Positions 13,298 to 27,060 of a stretch of DNA of 64,000 bases are shown here, one piece after another. Below the pieces are notes generated by a model that saw nothing but the letters and a program-made list of their open reading frames with translations, did no database searches and was not told the DNA's origin. The DNA is taken from NCBI RefSeq assembly GCF_006345805.1, contig NC_043003.1:59086001-59150000 (forward strand), written 5' to 3'. Made by a program: the position numbers and the translations under genes. The stretch comes from Octopus sinensis. Lineage: Eukaryota. Position 1 is the stretch's first letter. Each line of letters opens with the position of its first letter.

Positions 13298-13845
13298 GAG
13301 TGAGAGAGCAGTGCATGCCATCAAAGTGATACTGGGGTTGAATATGTGAAGCCTAGTACACCCATCATGACTACCCGTCCCATAAGGGTACACCAGGCAC
13401 ATGCATCACAACCAAATGTGCGCGACATGGGGATATATCAAGACAAACAGCGCATGGCCTTGCAAGTGGGGCCCAGTTAGAATTTTCTTCTGGTTGAGTA
13501 GCCAATCCCGCTCAAAAGGTCCTTGAATAAGGATTGTTTAAGGATGTTGAACGAACCACCCACGTTTCCAATAGTGAATTATCCTAACCTCTAAGAATTC
13601 CTTTCAACACATGGCTATGATGCTCCCCCCACCACTATTTCTGCTCATGATATGCACATCAGCCACTAAGGAACATGGTCAACTGGTTAAGGTCAAACAA
13701 CTGACAAGCAAATCTGTGGTATTGAGCAGAATATTTGTTGTAGCCCACCATTTATACCAAGACAAAACAACGTACATGATAACACTTCGAATCAGTTAAG
13801 ATGAGAAGCCATGAGAGCCACTGTCTGGTATTCATCATGGCATTT
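13298..13845. mobile_element. ~550-bp non-coding element in (TTA)n, copy 2
   Basis: Same start (gagtgagagagcagt.catgccatcaaagtga) and end (gagccactg.ctggta.t.catca) as copy 1, with scattered substitutions and indels. Confidence 0.8.
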
Positions 13846-13846
13846 A

Positions 13847-13892
<46 letters not shown>

Positions 13893-14699
13893 CATCATCA
13901 TCATTCTGATTATTATTATTGTTGTTGTTGTTGCCGCTATTGCTGTTAGAAATCAATAACATTAGAGGAATGCAGCTAATCATATCAGCAATAATCCAAC
14001 GTCGATTATTCATATGATTATGGCTCGTGTGTAGGATTTTGCACATTTCCTGTTCGATATTGGAGAATAAAACATAAGAGGAAATTTGCAAAGTTTGAAA
14101 ATCCGCTAGTAATCCATGTAGGTAATCGCTATTCTGTTATTTTCGTGTTTTTTTTTTGTATGTAACATTAAGATAATAGATAAGCTTATAGAATATCTAC
14201 ATTTAGTCATAAAAGTGTACAAAATTATCTATAAAGAACAAACCCTAAGTAGGTATCGATGCAAAAAGCACAATAACAGACCATCCAATTTTTCCTGAAG
14301 CAGTGAACCAAACATGAAATCAATTCGTTAACGGAACATATTTGAGGGTATATGGTTTTTTTCTCCTTAACGCTGTCATCATTGGCTTACATTTTTGTCA
14401 TAGCAGTTACCATAACATATAGCAAGCATTACGTAGAATATTGTGTAAAACTGATATTATGGAAGACAATAGTAATTGAATGCGTTACAAATTGAAGAAA
14501 GTCCTAAATGATTTATTAAGATTAACTACAGTAATAACGTTCCTTTAAACAATCCACTTCTAGGACAATGAGAAGAGGGGAACAATAGTATGGTCATAGC
14601 CGTTTGTAGTAAACAGTGCTATGTAAAGGGATGACTCGTGTCCTTCAGAAGGGGAGGACACTGCATGTTAGGTCTTTCTCGTTGACTTACTTTTCTTCG

Positions 14700-15430
14700 T
14701 TCAAATATCAACATGATTAAAAGTTCGAATGATAATAATATTCACTCGTTGTTAGATTTATCCAATTCAGTAAAGTTCTTACTGGGCCGCACTTGTGTTG
14801 CGGCAATACTGGGAAGAAACTCGGGCACAGACTTCAAGAATTTTTGTTGATTATATGGACCTCACCACTTCGCATTCTATTCATATCGATCACGTAAATA
14901 GTGATAAACAAGACTGTCTTCAAGTATATGGAGGTAACTCAGAGTGGACTAAACGCAGAGAGGTGTTTTTACTCTAATGTCCCTATTCTGCCTGCTCTAA
15001 AAATAGACTCACACGCACAAGCACAAAATGTGCACGCACACACATATAAATACAGACAAACTCACAAACATACACACATGCACACACGCACACTCACATT
15101 AAGTTGATTCTATATTACACACATATACACGCGTGTGTGTGTATTATACAATCACCTAAAATATTTGCAAGGGTACGATTTATACGCCCAACTGATGCTA
15201 AACTGTATGTGTTGCATTCTGAGGCTGATCGTGGCCAAAAAGGTAAAGCGGTCAATGAAAATATCTATGACGGAATGAAGGGAATGAAGGCATGTGTCAG
15301 CGTGGGTGGCTAGGTCTCTGAACACCTGCTGTAAGAGGTGCCCATCGATGACACATCGTTAAAAATAAATGAGTGTAGGTCTCTAGCAGGACTGAAAAGC
15401 CACATCTGTGCTGTTTTATGAGAGCAACCA
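14700..15430 (+). mobile_element. Highly decayed RTE-like LINE relic
   Basis: LRQYWEETRAQTSRIFVDYMDLT resembles the RT motif LRQ..EK.RE....FVDL.KAFD. ECRSLAGLKSHI resembles the RTE C-terminal Cys/His tail. Confidence 0.4.
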
Positions 15431-16369
15431 AGTAACTGGCATTGCTCGAAATCGAGCTGCAGCCATCGTACATGCACCTATGAAAAATAAACACATATGA
15501 AACTCAGAAGGTAGATGTTAATTCGTGAAATGAGCGCATTCATTTCTTGAGAACGTTCAGAAACTATTAAAAGTTTGTTGGGCTAAGATCAATATCTATG
15601 TGAAATATATAAAAAAGAATGACCCCTGAGAAAACAATGTTTCACTGGAATCTACCCTTGTGTAGGTTACTTGAGAGAGGGAATACTCGCTGAAACGCTG
15701 GAATGTTATTGAAGGATTTACACACATGTGTGTATGTATATAGGTATGTATATTTTTGTGTATGTGTGCGCGTATGAGTGTAGAAAAAAGAAAGAAAGAG
15801 AGGAAGATTTGACCCCGAAAATTAACTGGTAGTTCCTATATTCATCTAGAAGGAATAGCAGGCGATGTTGAACCTTGCGGGATTCGAACTCTGAGAGCCG
15901 ATGGCAAAGACTAATGCTACAAGATACTCTCTTCGACTCTCTCATGATTCTGATGGAACACCGCCTACTCTGTCCAAGTGTCTTTTAGTCTGCCTGTATT
16001 TTCACATATATCACCTAGAAGACAGCAAGATTAAGTACTTTTAATCTAATTATTGAATACATACATTATATTTTCCAAGCTTATATTCTTCATTAAGCGT
16101 CAAGTAACATTTACATTTACTGTTGGATAATGACAATAACTATATTACATTTATTGATGAGCAAACAGTGAATTTTACTTGTCTTCAGTCATTACACTGC
16201 AACCGTACTGGGGTCCTGTCTTGAGGAATTTCAGTACTTATGTTTTCAAACCTGGTACATATTTTATCGGTATCTTTCGTCGATCCACCAAGTTGCGAGG
16301 ACTTAAATACAGCAACATTGGTTGTAAATAGTGGTGGGGAGCATAGAAACAAAGACACCTCACCTCTTC

Positions 16370-16409
<40 letters not shown>

Positions 16410-16417
16410 TATATATA

Positions 16418-16627
16418 TTGGTTTGGTGCATAATTATTGCAGCTTTTTCAGCAATAACGGCATGTAGCAAAAACATCTCTAAATGATAACTCCAGAGCAT
16501 ATTCACAATCTACTTCTATTACTGCTTCCCTTTTGTGTGACAGACGGTCAGCCCATCATTTAAAGATGTTTTTGTTAAGTATTGCCATTGTTTTTGTTGA
16601 ATAAAACTTGTTGAAAAAGATCGCAAT
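16418..16627. mobile_element. mariner-type MITE fragment in (TA)n
   Basis: TA|ttggtttggtgcataattattgcagctttttca with partial inverted end tgaaaaagatcgcaata. Confidence 0.55.
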
Positions 16628-16635
16628 ATATATAT

Positions 16636-16692
<57 letters not shown>

Positions 16693-16734
16693 GTAGGTAT
16701 ACGTGTGTTTGTGTGTATGTGTGTACACACATAC

Positions 16735-16903
16735 ACGGCAGGTTTCTTACAGTTTCCGTTTCCGTCTACCAAATCCACTATAAATGATTTGATCGGCCCG
16801 AGGCTATAGTAGAAGATATCTGCTCAAACTGCCACGCAGTGTGGCTGAACCCGGAACCTTGTGGATTGGAAGCAAACTTCTTCCACACAACCACGCCTGC
16901 GCC
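16735..16903 (-). mobile_element. SINE group A head
   Basis: Reverse complement of the group A 5' half, ending cacgcctgcgcc. Confidence 0.8.
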
Positions 16904-19290
16904 TTAGTTTATCGAATCTGTATCTAGAAACTTCGAATCTTATAGACCTGCTTCTCTTTTCATGAATCCTTTATTGATACAATACACAATTAATTAAATT
17001 TAAGACACGTTTCTTTCTCATTTTAAGAATATTTCTTGATGCTTTTTTTTTATTACTTTGCATGCTTGATTCATTAATATGATGCATTTCTTCACTTTCC
17101 ATCCCCGAAAAAATTATTCTTTCGAAAATAAATCTGCTCTGTAGATTTCTTTATTTAGCTGTGAAAAAAAAAATCTTTTGTAATTAAATCATCCGATAAA
17201 CTTTGCCAACCTTTAATTTAGTATAAAAATTAGTTATCATCTTACAGCATTTCTTGCATTCCAAATATCTTCATGAATCGGTTAATACATTAATTCTGAC
17301 ATCACATTCCCTAGCATTCACGTGGAATAGGGACAAAACGTCTGTCAGTGACCTAATTAAGCTTTCACTATTCCGGTTATGTTTGAAGTTGCTTGTAGTG
17401 AAGCATAACCTGTGAGCTCTTCGTTCGATGACCTTAATTCACGGGTTGGTGGGTAGAGCTCATTTGAAAGCCAAGATCAATTTGACCTCTTGCTCCAACG
17501 TATTTCTTATAGTAATTTTATTGACCTCGAACTAACGTGAAGTTAAGTAAATCTTGACATGACTTGAACTTTGAGCCGTAAGTTTACAAGTTGAACACCC
17601 GAGCACTGAGTAACGCCCTTTATGAAATCTATATTTAATTAGCTAAAGTCTAACTGACGCTCGCTTTCAAGGAGTTTAGATTATATGCTGGAGGAAACAT
17701 GGCTAAAAGCCAACTGTTCCATGGAAAGGAAGCTCATCAAAGACTGTGAAAGGCTATGCAATTATACACGTCTTTTGTATGACAATGCAATGAATGAATT
17801 AGGAAAAGGATGTGTAGCTTGTATAATTAGTCACTCAGCTACAATAATGAAGTTCTATAGAAATGTTCCAGGACAAGAGAGGCTCTAGTATTCCACTAAT
17901 CACCTATTTGATAAAATGGAACACTAAACAGTAAAATATTCGTCCAGTGATTGTAAATCACATAATAGCTATCATATCTAATATAATTTCAGAACAGCAT
18001 TTCGTCACTTGTGCTATACACACTCTACAAAAAACACGTGTGTAAGATATAGTTAGCATGTATAACATTTAGGCAGATTTCAGGGATTCTCCGATTTTGC
18101 AACTTGAAGATAATTTAAATGATTAACAATAAGAAACAATCAAAATCATTTTAAGGTGCGAAAATCGTTTGTAATTGTATCCCTAACAAATGATATTGGC
18201 AGGTGTTGTTATTATTTAACTTCCAGTTTATAACTGATCGAACAGCTATATGATCAAATCCGTTTCAAGTGTAGCCATTTCGATATTAATGAATTCTTTC
18301 TTTTGTGGATAAAGACGTGTGATTCATAAAAGATTTGGCTGCTGTTTATATGAAGCCGAAAGATCCGCTTGAATACTGAATCTATTGGTTCGATATTAGC
18401 AGCAACTTAACAGTTTCAAAGCTTATTAAAAATGATGTTGCCTCGATTCTGAGGGATTCATATATTCTTCCAGTCACGTTAAATGGATGAGGAGTAAGTA
18501 GTTTCTTTCGGAGATGTCACTACCTAATTGTAGGTAATTTTCCTCTGGAATCTGATATCTTTCTAGATAGATGAACTGTCTACAGTACATTGTCTTAAGT
18601 CGCATTAAATGTTAACAGTGAATTTAATCCCAATACCTGTGACCTCTATTGCGAAACGGTTTTGACTCGGTAATTAACTTTAATTAAATATTCTCAGCCT
18701 TAAAATAGTTAATTCATAATTATTTTACTAGGGAGGGTTTGTTCTAATTTTTATACATATTCTATGTGTATTATTAGTATCTGAAATAATAAAAACTTTA
18801 ATAATTTCTATCTGATCAAACATTCTAGAAGGATAAGACGAGTGAATGCCATCATGTCGACTTAAAATAAGAGACATCTCTCTATGAGAGCTCTCTTCAG
18901 AATGAGCTTTTGGAAATTATAATTTAAGTTAATAACGTATCACTTATTTGTATACATGTATATAGTTTCAGGTAAATACTTATAAATAAATATTTGTAAC
19001 TTACTATTGCAAGGAGACTTTTTTTTCAATGTCCACCGTGTGCTACGTACAAATCCGCACCATACCGGTACTGACGAACATATTGTCAACTTGCCATCAC
19101 TAGAGTAAATAAAGCAGAATCTTACGGTTTGATCTTCGAATCTCAGTATTTCGAAAGATATTTGACCTCTGAAATAATATAATTGCTTTTTATGATACAA
19201 ATTAAACATTCAATAAAAAGAAATTGCACTTTCAATTAATGTATTTTGCATAAATTAATTTGATAAAAACCAATAATGTATAGCTTGTAT

Positions 19291-19502
19291 AAGGTAGCGA
19301 GTGTTAGCGGAATGGTTAGCACGTCGGACAAAATGCTGAGCAGCATTTCATCCGTCTTTGCGTCTTAAGTTCAAATTCCGCCGAGGTCGACTTTGCTTTT
19401 CATCCTTTCGGCGTCGATAATATAAGTACCAATTTGAACACTGGGGTCGATGTAATCGACTAGCTTCCTTCCCCGAAATTGCTGGCCTTGTGCCAAATTT
19501 CG
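19291..19502 (+). mobile_element. SINE group B monomer
   Basis: gttcaaattccgccgaggtcgactttgcttttcatcctttcggcgtcgataatataagtacc...ctggggtcgatgtaatcgact. Confidence 0.85.
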
Positions 19503-20698
19503 AAACTAACTTATGATTTGTATTCGATAATCTGAGACGGATTAAAACAAGGGGAAATAACTAGGGTTAAGAATGCAACAAATATTGGAGCGTAGTAAAT
19601 CCGCGTCTGCCAGAAAAAAGTTCATGAAGTGTTTTCATTTACATCTCTTTCCACGATAATGCTGTTTTACATTGGTACGAAATCTATTTGGAATATATGT
19701 TTTCTCATAATAGTCTATACTAGGTATGTGTGTGAAAATGTCGATTTAGAAATTCAAATATTTCGTTGAAATAACGATATATAATTAGTATAATATCGAC
19801 AAATATCGCTGTAATTGTAATGCACATACTAACAGAACACTATTGTAAAATTAAACAGTAACAATTAAAGTTTTTATGACCGAGTGGTCCAGTCTACGAA
19901 GAAAATCCCAGAGCTTTACTAGAAGTTGTGGTGATGCAGCTAAAGCAATATTAAACAGATGTTTACTCCATTGCCTTCTGGCTCTGCTAACGAAGTGATT
20001 TGATTTGGCCCTAAACATTGCAGAAGAATTCTGAAAATGTCAGTAACTGAATTAAGCATATTTATGGAAATATATGTTACAGGAATAAGCTGGTCTGCTA
20101 AATATACACCGAGGAAAATGAAGAAACATGATGTACTATGCAACCAGCAAGTTATTTTCGCATGATGCTTTCTTTAAAAATAAGTTTAACCTAATATATA
20201 TTTCGCTATTTATTTTCAGATTATCTAAACAATAGCCATTCCTGTTATTTTCCTATATTTATATTTCTAAAATTATTTTACTTTACTTAATCATATAAGG
20301 ATGGGAGATATAAAATGTAGAGAATTTCATAGATGTTTCTACGTTTAACAAAATTAATTTGTTTCACATTAATTGATATAATCTAATGTAACATAGTACA
20401 TATTATTTATCTATGATCATAAAAATTTGCTAATGTTGAATTCATTTAAAACTGCAGTTATAATTATTCCTCTAACATATATTATATAGGAAACTAATAT
20501 TTATGAGCCACTTAAATTTTCCATGTACTTCAACGTTAACAGGAGTATTTTTGTGTTTCATATTTATTTGAGTAAATAACTAACATGAAATTTATTCTTG
20601 AAAGTATAATTTAAATACATATATACGTATGAAAAAAAATTTATATTCGTTAAATATATATCTTATAATGTAAGTATGTATGTATGTATGTATGTATG

Positions 20699-20732
<34 letters not shown>

Positions 20733-20738
20733 TGTATG

Positions 20739-20773
<35 letters not shown>

Positions 20774-20832
20774 TTATCTATCTATCTGGTGCACATATAC
20801 ATGAGCGTATCATTTATGTAGGTGTGGGTTTT

Positions 20833-21210
20833 TTTTCACTTGTTTTAGTCACTGGAGTGCGGCCATGCTGAGGCACCACCTTGAAGGATTTAGCCAAATG
20901 AATTGACCCTCTTACTCTATCGGTGACTTATGACAAACAGTTAAGTTACATGAATGATAACATATCAAGAACTGTTGTCAAGTGATGGAAGGAAAGAGCA
21001 TTCATACACGCATATGTATCTGCTTGTACACACACACACACACACACACGTACATATGGGGTAAGCTTCAACACAGTTTCTGTCCACCAAGTTCACTAAA
21101 GCCCGGATTACAGTAGAATACACTTAGCCAATGTACCACGCATTCTGACTGAAACCAAAATCACGTGGGTGCAAAGCAATTTTCTTCACCACCGCACATT
21201 GCCTTCACCT
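20833..21210 (-). mobile_element. SINE group A, old and degenerate
   Basis: Reverse tail cttgttttagtcact..gcggccatgctg, internal (CA)n, reverse head. Confidence 0.65.
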
Positions 21211-22712
21211 AATGTGTCTACTGCACCACAATAATAAATCTATACTTAATTATTATATTCTCTTAAACCTTCTACTTATTTAGTATAGTATTTTCATCCG
21301 GGTTTTCCGAATACGTTCATATTAAAGCCCTTTTTGTAATATAAAGTCTGTCCGTATGTCTACCTATGTAAATCTATGGCATACGCACACACATTTTTGT
21401 AAGTATGAATATTTATATAAATGAGTTTTTGCAAATATGCGTTCCTATTAGTGTATCCTTTGCGTTTCTTTCTGATTATCTGCACAGTTTTCTGATAGGA
21501 TTAGTGTTTAGCTTGAAGCATTAGGATTTGCGTCCGTCATTCTGGAAAAAGTTAATGTAGAGCATATATATATTATTTTCTCTTTTCTTTTTTTTCGTAA
21601 GAAACAAGATTTTCCTGTGTTTAAGTTAGCGTGCGAGAAGACTTCCTGAGGTCACCCCGCGAGCAAGTGACCGCTCTAGTTAACAAGTGAGGGAATATTC
21701 TTCTCCCACTTTTACAGAAAAGAGAACATAATAGTCACGAGATTATGTTGTTTGGCATCGATTTTATCCCTGCTTGCAGTGGAACAGATTATGTGCAGTA
21801 GAATAGATTATGTTCAGTACAAAAATTATGACATAAACAGCAAAATTATTAGATGAGAAGATTGGAAGCAAGGCTGCTCATTCTGTTTAAGTATTGTTGT
21901 TATTATTCAGCATTCCATGTTCACAGCAAATTTATATTCATTTGAATTTTAGATAATATCTACCGCACTGTGGTCGGTTACTGCAAACAATACAGTTCCC
22001 CAAACTTCTGGGACGCTGCCAACATTTTAAGAAATGATACACTGAGAGGTCAGCAAAAGTATGGCTTCGGGGTTTTCCGGTATATCAGTAAGAATATGTA
22101 GACGAGGAATATTTAGGGTCAAATATACCTCGATCGAACAGAAGCTGGTCACTTTAAAATTTCCCCGCTGATATTTACATTGGCAACTTATTGGTCAAAT
22201 ACTTTGTGAGCAATCCAGTCTTTAAGCTACTATGACGAAGTAAGAGAGAGAGAGAGAGAGAGAGAGAAAGTGAGATAGAGATAGAGATAGAGGAGAGAAA
22301 TAGCGCAGGTATTAACCGATTTTAAGTTTTTTCTTCTCTCACCTATTCTCCTCAATTTTTACCTCCCCACCCACTCCATCTCTCTTTTATTTCTTTTTTT
22401 AAGAGTCTTCCCATTCGGCAACTATCAATCTTCGAACATCAGCTAATTCCACAGTATACATCGCCCCTTAAACAGCATAATCTAGTGGCTGCAGTAATAA
22501 TATTTGTGACGTCACCTTCAAATCTCACAGCTTTCTAGTGGAATACAATGAATGCAGTTATGTTGCTATTCTTAAACTGTCTGTTTAAGTGTGCCTGTGT
22601 GTTTGTTTCTCTTTCTCTCTCTCTCTCTTCCCCCCTCTCTCTTTCTCTCATGTCCTTTGCTTGGAATTCTTTCATGTCAAAATAAACCATACAAAAGATT
22701 TTTAGCATATCG

Positions 22713-22800
22713 ATGAGTCAGCAAGCTGGCGGTCCAATTAGAGTGTTGGCTGTTTTTATAAGCGAAGACTCTCGCAGGCAGACATTCTCTACAGTTAGGT
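22713..22800 (+). promoter_or_regulatory. Candidate Pol II promoter (ARE/AP-1, CCAAT, TATA-like, Inr-like)
   Basis: ATGAGTCAGCA at 22713-22723, CCAAT at 22734-22738, TTTATAAG at 22755-22762, CATTC and CAGTT about 25-35 nt downstream, all in non-repetitive sequence. Confidence 0.35.
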
Positions 22801-24811
22801 TTTGGAACCTTAAAGACAGTGTACGAGTGAATGATTGTGTATAGGTGTGTGTGTATGTGTGTGAGTGAGATCACTTGATTCTCGCAGGCTGTACTCAGAA
22901 GTAGGCTGCTGGCAGACCTGGCGACAAACTGAAAAATCTGTCGAAAATGGGTAACAATATAAGACAGTAAAAAACAAAATAAAACAAAAAATGAAAAAAA
23001 AAGAAAACAAAATATATGTCTAGAAAGAAAAAAAAATCTAAGCTAGGCCACGAGGCAATATCTGTTCTTGATAGGTATGTGGCACTGTTGTATGTGTACA
23101 TACTTACAACATATAAACAAATACAAATTCAATATATATTTCACCACACTTACCATCATCCACACTTAAGTATGTCCGAAAAAAAAAAATGTCCTCACGC
23201 ACATGCAAGCGTTTTTATGCAAACATACACACAATCAAAGAATTGGAAACATGCACAGACGTTAATATACATTAATAGAGGAGAAAAGAGAAATTGGCAA
23301 AATTAGAAGATTTACTATAAAATGTAGTTAAGGAGAAAGGATAGAGTGTTAGTTGCAGACATTGCTAACGGCTGTTTAATGTAGCTTCCTGTCACAGTAA
23401 GGCTCCTTATTTTTGTAGTAACATTCATACAACAAAAAGATATCCAAGAGTGACTCTAGTCTGGTTCAGTGGTCAACGGTTCTACAATAGAAACGATGTT
23501 GACGTATTTTTGTAAATTGTTTATATTATGGGATCACTGAATACAGAAAGTGGAGGGAAACCTTAATAAAGGTCAAGAGATACCTTCTTTTTTATTCGAT
23601 GCCTGTTTTCTACAGGAATGCGAAGCAATCTAGTAACATTTGGTGACAAGTTCTATGTCAGAGGGATGAATAACAGAAATTCAAACAAATACATATTTCC
23701 GTTATGGAATATAAAAAAAAGGACTGACCCTTTCCCTATACTTCCCCTTCAATATTTCAGGAACGTTGAGTTTGCTGCTGCTTTGCTGTATTCATTAAGA
23801 CAAGGGACATTTAAGAAAAGAGAGGCTCATATATGTGTATGCATATCTGTATTCCTCTGTCCATTGATTGATCTCAGGCAGAAGGAACGCTGGCTCTATG
23901 TACGAATAAACTAAAAGAAAAAAGAAAAAGAGAAATATATGCAGTCCAGTTAACGCAAACTAAACAGAACAATGGGAAATTTATAGACAGCAAAAAAAGG
24001 AAACACGAAGGTTGATTTTTTTTAAACCATAGGTTTTAAAATTACAAATTTAAAAGTACCTTCATGTTATAAAGAAAATTATTTCAGGATCAAAAGAGAA
24101 TTGTTCGACTTCGACAGGTATTATTGGTCGTTATACCTACCAAGAGAAATGCTATATCAGGGTCTCTAAGTCCGGTGAAAGTCAACAAGATATAACTAAT
24201 GTAGGACCCTATTGGCTTTACCTAAGGATGAAATGAAATATAAAAGAATAAAAAGGATTACAGTAACACAAAATATTTCATCAAACGCGTAAAAATATCA
24301 GAAGACTTTATAAAAGTTTCTTTCCAAAAGGAAATTAAACTACAAATTATGAAATATTGTAAACGTCCAAAGAAACATAAATTTCTGTTGAATTATAGCG
24401 CTGCGTTTTAAATTACATATAGGAATCTATATACACAAATGCAAATATCCATAAAAAATGTACATACATGTAGACAAACACGTATACACACACACACACA
24501 CTATATATATATATATATATATGTACGTATGTACATTAGTATATGAATGTGTGTGTATGCAGTCCGAAAAAGATGGACCTGCATTTTTTTTGTTGAACAA
24601 CCGTCACAAATGATATTTATTTTGCGCTGTACATTAGCGTACTCCCTCCATCAAATCGATGTTGCCTGAACAGATGCATGGTGTATCACACGTTAAGTGT
24701 CGAAGTGATCGTCGATCAACGCAAAGTTAAGTGTTTTGCTCAAGAACACAGCGCACCACCCGGTCTTGGAATTGAAATCCCGATTTCATATATATATATA
24801 TATAGATATAT

Positions 24812-25120
24812 AGGCGTAGGAGTGGTTCCGGGTGCAATCCCACTGCGTGGAACCTTGCGCCTCGGGCCGGTCAAAGCCTTGTGAGTGGATTTGGTAGACG
24901 GAAACTGAAAGAAGCCCGTCATATATATGTATATATATATATATATGTTTGTGTCTATGTTTGTCCCTCCAAGATCGCTTGAAAACCGATGCTGGTGTGT
25001 TTATATGCCCGTAACTTAGCAGTTCCGCAAAATAATATGTTCTAGGGTCGATTTGCTCAACTAAAGGCAGTGCTCCAGCATGGCCACAGTCATGTGACTG
25101 AAACAAGTAAAAGAGTAAAA
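24812..25120 (+). mobile_element. SINE group A with deletions
   Basis: ggcgtaggagtgg...gaaactgaaagaagcccgtc...gactgaaacaagtaaaagagtaaaa. Confidence 0.85.
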
Positions 25121-25142
25121 AATATACATATATATATATCAT

Positions 25143-25509
25143 TGTGGTGGAGCTCCGTTGGTTACGACGATGTGGGTTCCAGTTGATACGATCAACGGAA
25201 CAGCCTGCTCATGAAATTAACGCGCAAGTGGCTGAGCATTCCAAGTGTATCCTTGACGTAGTTCTCGGGGAGATTCAGCGTGACACAGTGTGACAAGGCT
25301 GGTCGTTTGAAATACAGGTACAACAGAAACAGGGAAGAAAAAGTGAGAGAAAGTTGTGGAGGAAGAGTACAGCAGGGCTCGCCACCGTCCCCCTGCCGAA
25401 ACCTCATGGAGCTTTAGGCGTTTTCGTTCCATAAATACTCACGACACTCGGTCTGGGAATCGAAACTGCGATCCTATGACTGCGAGTCCGCTGAGCCATT
25501 GCGCCTCTA
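25143..25509 (-). mobile_element. SINE group C (tRNA-like head, body 1, tail Y)
   Basis: Minus-strand head gaggcgcaatggctcag..gtttcgattcccagacc. Body shared with 29575-29766, tail shared with 50006-50150. Confidence 0.8.
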
Positions 25510-26126
25510 CACATACACACACAAACACACACACACACACAAACACACACACAAAAAAAACACACATAAACACACACACAAACACGCACACACACACAAA
25601 CTCACACACACACATATTATATATGTATATATATATTATATACGTATATTATATTTATATTATATATATATTATATATATAGAGAGAGAGGGCGATATAT
25701 ATAGATATACATATATTTATAGAGAGAGGGTGTGGGGGAGAGAAGAGACAAATATATGCTCACGCACAAAAACGAGTAAATATAGTTATCGATGAATATA
25801 AATAGATAAGTAGATTCATAGATAAATTGATAATATTTTTATTTAAAAAAATATATATAATATTTAATCAAACAATGAAGAACACCTGAGGGAATGCGAA
25901 AATGAATATAAACAACACTTATATCCAAAGTAATTTTTTTAACTCGCGTGATTAAAATGAAATTAAATAAATGTTTGTATTTTTAAATGCAATGGAATTT
26001 GTATGATTGTATGTATGTATGTACATATATACATGAATAGGTACGAACACGCACACATATCTTAGACGAGATAAGGAAAAGAGAAGCCTTTTGCGCGCAT
26101 AAGAAGTTTCTTTTATAAACAGATAT

Positions 26127-26710
26127 TCTTTTCTACTCTAGGCACAAGGCCCGAAATTTTTTTTGGGGGGGGGGCACCAGTCGATTAGATCGATCCCAGT
26201 ACACAACTGGTACTTAATTTATTGACCCCGAAATGATGAAAGGCAAAGTCAACCTCGGTGGAATTTGAACTCAGAACGTAGCGACAGACGAAATACCTAT
26301 TTCTTTACTACCCACAAGGGGCTAAACACAGAGAGGACAAACAAGGACAGACAAAGGAATTAAGTCGATTACATCGAACCCAGTGCCTAACTGATACTAT
26401 TTAATCGACCCCGAAATGATGAAAGGCAAAGTCGACCTCGGTGGAATTTGAACTCAGAACGTAGCGACAGACGAAATACCTATTTCTTTACTACCCACAA
26501 GGGGCTAAACACAGAGGACAAACAAGGACAGACAAAGGAATTAAGTCGATTACATCGAACCCAGTGCCTAACTGATACTATTTAATCGACCCCGAAATGA
26601 TGAAAGGCAAAGTCAACCTCGGCGGAATTTGAACTCAGAACGTAACGGCAAACGAAATATGGCTACGCATTTCGCCCGGCGTGCTAACGTTTCTGCCAGC
26701 TCGTCGCCTT
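26127..26710 (-). mobile_element. SINE group B, three-unit internal tandem
   Basis: One head (ggcgacgagctggcagaaacgttagcacgccggg on minus), three near-identical ~180-bp central units, one tail (gggccttgtgcctagagtagaaaaga). Confidence 0.9.
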
Positions 26711-26902
26711 ATACCACAGTATTGCAGCTGTTTACTGGCGCTAAGTGAACCCACTATTTGATAGTTAAGTGTTTTGCGCATGCACAAGATTTAGTGCCGG
26801 TGCTAAGGTAAAAACTAATCACTCCTCCACTGGTGTTTAACTTGAAGGTGCTCTGCTGATTTGTCAGTAAATCTATAAAATATATGTATATATATATATA
26901 TG

Positions 26903-26948
<46 letters not shown>

Positions 26949-27060
26949 TAATAAATAAAATATATGCATACATAGAAACAATATGTACGTACCGACATCT
27001 ACATGTATATATACATGCATATATAAATATATATACGTACAGGACACCACATATATATAT

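Noticed and set aside
17685-17888. 67-aa ORF in unique sequence
   Set aside because: No recognisable motif or splice context, and the length is expected by chance.
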